DNA of 64,000 bases from Acinetobacter phage 133. The notes below the pieces were generated by a model. The model saw nothing but the letters and a program-made list of their open reading frames with translations, was not told the origin of the DNA and did no database searches. Position numbers and translations under genes: made by a program. Below, piece by piece: positions 58,248-64,000 of this stretch. The stretch lies in sequence record HM114315.1; one strand, written 5' to 3'. Positions within the stretch are counted from its first letter, which is position 1. Each line of letters starts with the position of its first letter.

Positions 58248-58724
58248 TCATAGAAGTGGACTCTTTTTGAAAATAAATTCACTTGTTGGGCGCAGACGTT
58301 CAAGTAGTCCAATAAACTCACTATTTGTTAGGATAGTTTCAGACGGATCATCTTTTCCAATTGAATGAATTAACTTCATTTCACGTGTATTGTAAATTGC
58401 TCGTTGAAAACTTTCATTTTGTGCAAAGCATGACGTAAATGCGCGTTCGAGCAATTTTTTATACCACACACTGTGCCGATTAAATGGCTCACCCATATAG
58501 TATAATGTGTCATTTTTAATTTGGCGCGCTTTACCTGCCATCTTGGCTTCAACTCCACACATCATGGCAATCTTTACAGATTCGCATTCATATTGATAGC
58601 GTAAGCTCTGCAAGAAGCCCTCTAAGGAACCGTAGAACACACCTTCCATAAGGAACGGCTTCATATAAAGGTTTGACAAAATACCTGCATCACCAGGCAT
58701 TGAACTATGAATATCTAATTCCAT
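58248..58724 (-). CDS. NADAR / YbiA-like (DUF1768) domain protein
   Basis: GILSNLY...F...G..Y.S.EGFLQSLRY parallels the E. coli YbiA signature GDFSNFA...WPTSEHYFQAQKF. Start set to MELDIHS because the upstream early promoter -10 overlaps the ORF-track start. Confidence 0.45.
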   Translation of the reverse strand: MELDIHSSMPGDAGILSNLYMKPFLMEGVFYGSLEGFLQSLRYQYECESVKIAMMCGVEAKMAGKARQIKNDTLYYMGEPFNRHSVWYKKLLERAFTSCFAQNESFQRAIYNTREMKLIHSIGKDDPSETILTNSEFIGLLERLRPTSEFIFKKSPLL

Positions 58725-58748
58725 AGCGTTCTCCGATTGAATTCCTTT

Positions 58749-58778
58749 ATTATACACATTTTATGATGAACGTACACT
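58749..58778 (-). promoter_or_regulatory. T4-type early promoter (GTGTAC-N17-TATAAT)
   Basis: Minus-strand gtgtacgttcatcataaaatgtgtataat, immediately after a terminator. Confidence 0.4.
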
Positions 58779-58785
58779 AATAATG

Positions 58786-58814
58786 AAAAAACCTCCCGAA
58801 GGAGGTTTAATTTT
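58786..58814 (-). terminator. intrinsic terminator with UUCG tetraloop
   Basis: Minus-strand aaacctccttcgggaggtttttt. Confidence 0.55.
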
Positions 58815-59217
58815 AGTTCACCATATTATATTCATGGAAAGAGTTCTTTGCATTAACGCTGTGGATTTTAGTTAGAGCATCAAACATCAATGAATCAGAC
58901 GGCGCTTTAATTAAATGCCCAACCTCTTTTTTCCATTTTGGAGGGAATTTTTTATACTGTCGCAAATCGCTGATGCTTAAGCGACCGACAACATTACCTT
59001 CTTTGTCTTTGATAGTTGCATCCACTATAAATTTTGAAAATGAAATTTTAATTCGAATTTCAGCGTCTACTTTTTCATTTGTGCCAATAAGAGTAGCATA
59101 ATCAGTTTCTTTGAATGACTGAATTTTCCACTCACCGGTTTTGGATTTTACTCGAGTTGAGGCAGTTTCAGTTAATGAGTAACCCACTTCTTGGCTTATT
59201 TGTGTAAATGTTTTCAT
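58813..59217 (-). CDS. internal-protein-like paralog 1 with a capsid-targeting-sequence-like N-terminus
   Basis: Starts MKTFTQISQEV (ATG at 59217 with an AAGGA ribosome-binding site). Compare the T4 IP capsid targeting sequence MKTYQEFIAE. Confidence 0.5.
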   Translation of the reverse strand: MKTFTQISQEVGYSLTETASTRVKSKTGEWKIQSFKETDYATLIGTNEKVDAEIRIKISFSKFIVDATIKDKEGNVVGRLSISDLRQYKKFPPKWKKEVGHLIKAPSDSLMFDALTKIHSVNAKNSFHEYNMVN

Positions 59218-59227
59218 TTTGTTTTCC

Positions 59228-59545
59228 TTAGTATGGCACAAACCAGTTTTCATTTGATGCAATTTCTACACCATGCGCATGGCTGAAATATCCCTTAGAT
59301 TTAGCGTTTAGAGCATCCGTGCGCCATGACTTAAATGTTTTGTAACCCTTAACTTCAATTGAAGCGTATTGTGACTTTTCATACGGGTCAGATTCAATTT
59401 GTTTTTTAAGCCGAGCAAACTGTGCTGATGTAAATGATTCATCGCGCATTTGGACTTCAGTCTTGCCGTCTTTGCCTTTACGTTGAATTAACACATACAC
59501 TTTACCTGAATTTACTTCTTCATGGATTTGGGTAAAAGTTTTCAT
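59228..59545 (-). CDS. internal-protein-like paralog 2
   Basis: Starts MKTFTQIHEEV. Its upstream ribosome-binding-site region is duplicated in paralog 1. Confidence 0.5.
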   Translation of the reverse strand: MKTFTQIHEEVNSGKVYVLIQRKGKDGKTEVQMRDESFTSAQFARLKKQIESDPYEKSQYASIEVKGYKTFKSWRTDALNAKSKGYFSHAHGVEIASNENWFVPY

Positions 59546-59862
59546 TTTGTTTCCTTGATAAGTGGCCCGGCATTAGCTGGGAGATGTAATGAGTTCCAAC
59601 GACCTTCTTTCATCTCTACAGATTCAATATGCAGTTCGTTTTCTTCAATATGTGAGTATTGTAATATGTTTTTATTTACTTGTAAAATTTTAGAGCCCTT
59701 AAGTGGTTGTCCATTGAACAATTGGATTTCGTCACCCACTGATTTATCTTTATTAAGATCAAAAAATTTCTGGTCTTTCGGACCTAATTTACGAGGCGTA
59801 CTTTTATACTCTTTATACCCAGCATGCTGAGCGTCTTCGTGTAGTTCACGGAATGTCTTCAT
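59542..59862 (-). CDS. internal-protein-like paralog 3
   Basis: Starts MKTFRELHEDA, containing the L-x-E gp21-type cleavage motif. Confidence 0.5.
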   Translation of the reverse strand: MKTFRELHEDAQHAGYKEYKSTPRKLGPKDQKFFDLNKDKSVGDEIQLFNGQPLKGSKILQVNKNILQYSHIEENELHIESVEMKEGRWNSLHLPANAGPLIKETK

Positions 59863-60101
59863 TTAAGAGTCACCACTAAATGTCGAGCGGCTTTATTAGC
59901 ACGAGAACATAAACGTTTTGCATATTTAATGTTATCTACTTTTTCAAGGGACTCCAATGCTTTTTTTTGAGCCGGGTTTAAATGGTTGAATCGTTTCAGG
60001 AAATGATATATTGCAGCTAGGACATCCAAGTCTGTACCGTAATTATCATGTCCTTTTCGCCACGCTTCTCGTTGTATGTTTAATATATCTTTGATTTCCA
60101 T
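59859..60101 (-). CDS. hypothetical protein
   Basis: Likely start MEIKDIL, preceded by AGGAGG and a CATAAATA late-like promoter at 60126-60133. Confidence 0.45.
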   Translation of the reverse strand: MEIKDILNIQREAWRKGHDNYGTDLDVLAAIYHFLKRFNHLNPAQKKALESLEKVDNIKYAKRLCSRANKAARHLVVTLK

Positions 60102-60138
60102 TATTGGCCTCCTGATGCACAAGAGTATTTATGGAAAT

Positions 60139-60165
60139 GAAAAAGGTCCCGAAGGACCTTTATTT
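60139..60165 (-). terminator. intrinsic terminator with UUCG tetraloop
   Basis: Minus-strand aaaggtccttcgggacctttttc. Confidence 0.55.
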
Positions 60166-60468
60166 ACACTCGCTTGCGACTTCTGTGGCTTTGTTATAAT
60201 CCCAACCTTTGCCTGGAATTTTATCAAATGGAATTTCACCTGTAATTGCGCCATTCTTAACAATAAGAATACGCGTACGATAGTTTTTGTTCATGATTTG
60301 TTCCATTAGTTCGCTTGTCGTAACTAATGTTCCATTAGTTTTTTCGAAAACCTGGAGAACTTCATTTTTAGCATAATCATTTTTAGAAGCATACTTATCT
60401 ACAATGGGCTGTAGGTCTTTGCGAGCTTGTATGCTTTCATTTAGTTGGTCAAGGAGATATGCTGACAT
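60160..60468 (-). CDS. hypothetical protein
   Basis: Start adjusted to MSAYLLDQ, overlapping the gp31 stop. Confidence 0.4.
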   Translation of the reverse strand: MSAYLLDQLNESIQARKDLQPIVDKYASKNDYAKNEVLQVFEKTNGTLVTTSELMEQIMNKNYRTRILIVKNGAITGEIPFDKIPGKGWDYNKATEVASECK

Positions 60469-60803
60469 TATTGGTCTCGATATACGGTTGAAAATGCTTT
60501 CCAATGGATACTCGTGTATTTTTCACGAATTTCTTTTGGTTCTTTACGGCCTTCAATTACATCAGGGTGTGGGACATTACGCATATTACCGGTACCTGGT
60601 GGAATTGCAGTAAGATCACCAATTTGTAATACACCAGGAGGCACGTCTGGTCCGATCGAATAAACTGTCAAATATTCGGGCAGTTCACTTTGCTCTACTT
60701 GGCCTAAAAAAAGACCCGTTTCCGATAGAATTTCATCGCCTTGCTGGCGTGGAGTAGAAACTACGATTACATATTCGCCGACTGCATTAATTGACTTTGA
60801 CAT
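60468..60803 (-). CDS. 31: gp31 GroES-like co-chaperonin
   Basis: 111 aa, the same length as T4 gp31. GroES-like pattern EYVIVV...GLFLG...GD. Located between genes 30 and cd. Confidence 0.65.
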   Translation of the reverse strand: MSKSINAVGEYVIVVSTPRQQGDEILSETGLFLGQVEQSELPEYLTVYSIGPDVPPGVLQIGDLTAIPPGTGNMRNVPHPDVIEGRKEPKEIREKYTSIHWKAFSTVYRDQ

Positions 60804-60806
60804 GAC

Positions 60807-61157
60807 TCACCCTTGATTGGTTGGTAAAATATTATTTATATCGATTCCATTTAAGCTAATGATTTTATCTAGCTTGCATGCACGCCATCCTTTGGCTTCA
60901 ACGTCATATAGCGCAATTGAAGTATTGGACACGACACGGGTAGTACCATCCTTTTTAGGGGGTGGATTCATTTGTTTTTCGAATTCATCTAACCCAATCA
61001 CATTTGGATCACGAGTACCCTTTAACGTACGCTCATCACCATTCGTTTTAGTGAATACGATCGTGTGAACACCTGCAGCAAAAATAGTTTTTAAATGCTG
61101 TAATGCTTGAGGAAAATCCTCGATCTTAATTGCCATGTTGGCCTCCGAAATTAACAA
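60807..61157 (-). CDS. hypothetical protein
   Basis: 116-aa ORF. Confidence 0.45.
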   Translation of the reverse strand: MLISEANMAIKIEDFPQALQHLKTIFAAGVHTIVFTKTNGDERTLKGTRDPNVIGLDEFEKQMNPPPKKDGTTRVVSNTSIALYDVEAKGWRACKLDKIISLNGIDINNILPTNQG

Positions 61158-61683
61158 TGGTTCCCCAATTTAGTTGATGAAGCTTCTGCTTGCCAATCTG
61201 GTGTACTTCAATCCCTGCTTCTGTGAGGATTTTTTCCCAACCCGGCGTAATACGGTCATAGGTCTCAGAGTATACCAGTTGTTTGATACCTGACTGGGCA
61301 ATAGCTTTTGCGCAATCTGCACATGGGCTAAGAGTAACGTACAGGGTCGCACCTTCAATGGCGGTTCCGTTACGAGCTGCATATAAGATCGCATTAAGTT
61401 CCGCATGAATTTCATTATGCGCGGACCATTTACTGTGTAAGTCCCGACATTCGGTTTTGAGTGTGACCCGATTAATGTGTGGAGGAGCTGGGTCGTACTG
61501 TCCAGTTGTCCAGTTTTGTTCTGACGCATGATCACAGCAATTTACTCCTCCGGCTGGCGAGCCGTTATAACCAGTCGAAATAATACGACCATTTTTTGCA
61601 ATTACTGCACCGACTTTCCACGATACGCATTTTGATTCTTGTGAAACTAAATACGCAATTTGCATGAATGTACTAGACTTCAT
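61126..61683 (-). CDS. cd: dCMP deaminase
   Basis: Start adjusted to MKSSTFMQIAYLVSQESKC. Zinc motifs HAELNAI and PCADCAKAI. Near-identical to recalled T4 Cd. Confidence 0.9.
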   Translation of the reverse strand: MKSSTFMQIAYLVSQESKCVSWKVGAVIAKNGRIISTGYNGSPAGGVNCCDHASEQNWTTGQYDPAPPHINRVTLKTECRDLHSKWSAHNEIHAELNAILYAARNGTAIEGATLYVTLSPCADCAKAIAQSGIKQLVYSETYDRITPGWEKILTEAGIEVHQIGKQKLHQLNWGTIVNFGGQHGN

Positions 61684-62194
61684 TTTTGTGCTCACGATAA
61701 TTGAAATAATAAGATTCATTTGTACCCGCCCAACCACAACCGGGCTCATACTGCATATCATAATGACCGGGTTTGTTAATATCGCTAGATGAATACATTG
61801 GATCACCAATCATATCCCAATATTTTTGAGCAAGTAAAGGGTTATTCGTAACTAGTTCTTCTAAGTCAATGATGTCAAAATATGAATCCTGTACTGCACA
61901 CAGTGCAAAGTCAAGGCCTGCTGCAAATAAATAACGAACTAGATTACCATACCGTTTTGAATTTATACCGGATGTGATCTGTACATAACCGTCATCCAAA
62001 GCAACAAACCGAGGTTCTTCCGGGGTGGCAACTTTATCAATACCAGCCTGGGTATAATTATCCGGGCTCAAATCCCATAATGCAGCATCCATTTTTGATA
62101 AATCTGATCGATCCAATTTACCTAGCGCAATTGCTCGATCCAATAATTCTGAGGGCAACTTAATTACAATGCGAAATCCTGTATACATTCCCAT
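61673..62194 (-). CDS. hypothetical protein
   Basis: 173-aa ORF upstream of cd. Confidence 0.45.
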   Translation of the reverse strand: MGMYTGFRIVIKLPSELLDRAIALGKLDRSDLSKMDAALWDLSPDNYTQAGIDKVATPEEPRFVALDDGYVQITSGINSKRYGNLVRYLFAAGLDFALCAVQDSYFDIIDLEELVTNNPLLAQKYWDMIGDPMYSSSDINKPGHYDMQYEPGCGWAGTNESYYFNYREHKNEV

Positions 62195-62203
62195 GGGTAA
62201 CTC

Positions 62204-62659
62204 CTATCGACAAGATGGATGTGGCTCACCATAAGTCATAAAGTTGACCAGGTTTGCTTCAGCGTCACAATTCTTCATTGCTTGTTCATATGTGTCACTA
62301 TTGCGCACACGGCGTCCCGCAGCATCGGTTTCATACTCAGGACGCACATTTGTGCGCTTTACCTTTTCCTCTTCATTACGGACCTTTGCGGCGTCTTGGT
62401 TCAATTGGATTGCATTAATGTTCAACTCATTAACTTGTGATTGAAGGCTATCTACTTGAGCAGTAAGACTTTCAATTGTCGCTTTATCAATCACAGGTTG
62501 TTTATGTGAAACTTCCTTGGCCAACTGCATAATAGCAGCCTGGTGATTAGATCGAACAAAGTAATCGTTTGCACTATTTACAATAAGGCCGAGTCCAAGA
62601 ATTATACTACATACTGCCAATAAAGGCGTTGTTCGTACTGGTTTGTCTAAAAATTTCAT
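62204..62659 (-). CDS. i-spanin (Rz-like; in the position of T4 pseT.3)
   Basis: N-terminal transmembrane helix, a long coiled coil and a C-terminal Cys. 151 aa. Confidence 0.45.
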   Translation of the reverse strand: MKFLDKPVRTTPLLAVCSIILGLGLIVNSANDYFVRSNHQAAIMQLAKEVSHKQPVIDKATIESLTAQVDSLQSQVNELNINAIQLNQDAAKVRNEEEKVKRTNVRPEYETDAAGRRVRNSDTYEQAMKNCDAEANLVNFMTYGEPHPSCR

Positions 62660-62976
62660 GTTAATTCCTTCAATTTTCGAATTGCTACATTGCGGACATT
62701 TTTATCCGCGTCATGTTGCAAAATGTCTAGGCCATATTTTTTCCCAGCGACCTGTGCACGAACTAATGGCGTAGGATCTGTAATAAAATGATCCAAACGA
62801 TATCCATGATTAACACATGCCGCACGGACAAGTTCATTTGAATCATACATCATCACATCCAAGGCATGGCCTTGTCTAGCAACTTCTACTCGCACTAAGT
62901 AATGCGGATCTTCCATAAGAACATCCAAGTTTACTTTATTTTGAGCTTGTTCTAAACGAGTAGCTAATGAAATCAT
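62656..62976 (-). CDS. LRV/HEAT-like repeat protein
   Basis: Four tandem roughly 24-aa repeats (HYLVRVEVARQG / NELVRAACVNHG / TPLVRAQVAGKKYG / DKNVRNVAIRKL). Confidence 0.45.
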   Translation of the reverse strand: MISLATRLEQAQNKVNLDVLMEDPHYLVRVEVARQGHALDVMMYDSNELVRAACVNHGYRLDHFITDPTPLVRAQVAGKKYGLDILQHDADKNVRNVAIRKLKELT

Positions 62977-63005
62977 AATGGTCTCAAATGTTTTGGTATG
63001 AGTTT

Positions 63006-63035
63006 ATTATGCACGTATTAAACTGAAATGTAAAC
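63006..63035 (-). promoter_or_regulatory. T4-type early promoter (GTTTAC-N18-CATAAT)
   Basis: Minus-strand gtttacatttcagtttaatacgtgcataat, upstream of the repeat-protein gene. Confidence 0.4.
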
Positions 63036-63355
63036 TACCCTAACGCCAAATAACGAGTATTTCTTGTTTGTAACACAATAAATTTAGAATCTGCTGCAAC
63101 TTTAAGGCTTTGTACAGGAGAAATTGTGACACCTGACCCGGATGGGAACCGATTTCGGGAGTCAAATAAGATATATCCACCTAACCCATATTCACTCGGC
63201 CGAATAATCAGGAACGCATCACACTCATGGAATTGCATAATCTTTTTAATATTTGCAATTTCAACAGCGTGTGCAATTTCAAGTTGCACTTCTAAATCGT
63301 CTTGGCCTAGGGACTTAACGTTGTCCATTAAAGTTAGTAATTTAGTTCTTAACAT
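63035..63355 (-). CDS. hypothetical protein
   Basis: 106-aa ORF. Confidence 0.4.
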   Translation of the reverse strand: MLRTKLLTLMDNVKSLGQDDLEVQLEIAHAVEIANIKKIMQFHECDAFLIIRPSEYGLGGYILFDSRNRFPSGSGVTISPVQSLKVAADSKFIVLQTRNTRYLALG

Positions 63356-63891
63356 TGTACTTCCTCACATTTAACAATATTTGCGATGCCTTTAGTATTA
63401 CGGATGAATTGCTTGCTAGCTTCAACTGCATTTTTCGCATACACAACATCAGGTAAGCTTTTACTGTACCCAGTGTAATAAATCAGGAACTTTTTCAAAT
63501 ACCCAAAATGACAGAACATATCGGCATTATATGCACCGAAACTACCTCGGATCAAGTCTTCCATTGAGCGCCACCCGACTTTGCCCGCTTCGTCTTCTTT
63601 TGGATACGCGTTATCGACCCCAATCAAGTCAGTTGCATGATAGGTAGTAACTTCCCAACCCCCTTCAACTTGGACAAACGGGTTGCCCATATCAATACTT
63701 AACTTCATGCCTGTTTCTTCAAGACATTCACGATATGCACATTCTGCGATTGTTTCACCCAGGTCCAGTTTCCCGCCAGGTAATCCCCAGTCATTGTGAT
63801 CGTGTTTGCGAGACACACTAAGAAAGCGATAAGTATCTTTATACGGCTGGGCCATTAATACACATGCCGATTGTTTCATTCTTGCCACCAT
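63349..63891 (-). CDS. Nudix hydrolase with a C-terminal extension
   Basis: Nudix box [26 protein letters not shown]. Confidence 0.7.
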   Translation of the reverse strand: MVARMKQSACVLMAQPYKDTYRFLSVSRKHDHNDWGLPGGKLDLGETIAECAYRECLEETGMKLSIDMGNPFVQVEGGWEVTTYHATDLIGVDNAYPKEDEAGKVGWRSMEDLIRGSFGAYNADMFCHFGYLKKFLIYYTGYSKSLPDVVYAKNAVEASKQFIRNTKGIANIVKCEEVQC

Positions 63892-64000
63892 TCAATTGTC
63901 ATATTAAAACTGTTTTTAACTGTTACTTTGAAGCCATCTAACCACTTGCCTTGGGCAAGGTTTCTCATTTCACGGGCAAAACTCATCCTTTTTCCCAGCT

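Noticed and set aside
62204-62659. Embedded o-spanin (Rz1) inside the Rz-like gene
   Set aside because: I could not find a convincing lipobox-containing +1 ORF by eye. Left uncalled.

Overview
This window is a contiguous segment of a T4-like (Tevenvirinae/Straboviridae-type) myovirus genome. Gene order is almost perfectly syntenic with coliphage T4. From left to right it holds: a minus-strand tRNA cluster with a SegB-like GIY-YIG homing endonuclease embedded in it (about 1.7-5.8 kb); then T4 genes 57B(acb1)-57A-1-3-2-4 on the minus strand; then the long plus-strand late structural block 53-5-5.4-6-7-8-9-10-11-12-wac-13-14-15-16-17-18-19-20-67-68-21-22-23-24-uvsW; then a minus-strand block ending in uvsY-25-26; then plus-strand 51-27-28-29-48-54-alt; and finally a minus-strand early/middle block: DNA ligase gp30, a HAD hydrolase, a NADAR/YbiA-like protein, three internal-protein-like paralogs, gp31 co-chaperonin, dCMP deaminase, a spanin-like protein and a Nudix hydrolase. 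I could fold at least 18 tRNAs by hand, plus one 113-nt tRNA-like stable RNA. T4-type regulatory signals are visible: late promoters (TATAAATA), early promoters (GTTTAC-N17/18-TATAAT), a MotA-box middle promoter in front of uvsY, and many intrinsic terminators, several with UUCG tetraloops. Beyond the T4 backbone, accessory or unusual content includes: a 505-aa PD-(D/E)XK (DUF559/Vsr-like) homing-endonuclease-like gene inserted antisense between gp23 and gp24; a CHAP-like peptidase domain fused to the C-terminus of baseplate hub gp27; a small early gene embedded antisense inside the late baseplate operon between gp8 and gp9; three tandem paralogous small genes with T4 capsid-targeting-sequence-like N-termini; a roughly 60-110 bp repeat family present in both orientations 37 kb apart; and a nested inverted-repeat structured element next to the tRNA cluster. 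No CRISPR array, rRNA or integrase was seen. Every call is by eye and from memory of T4 proteins; no database search was run.
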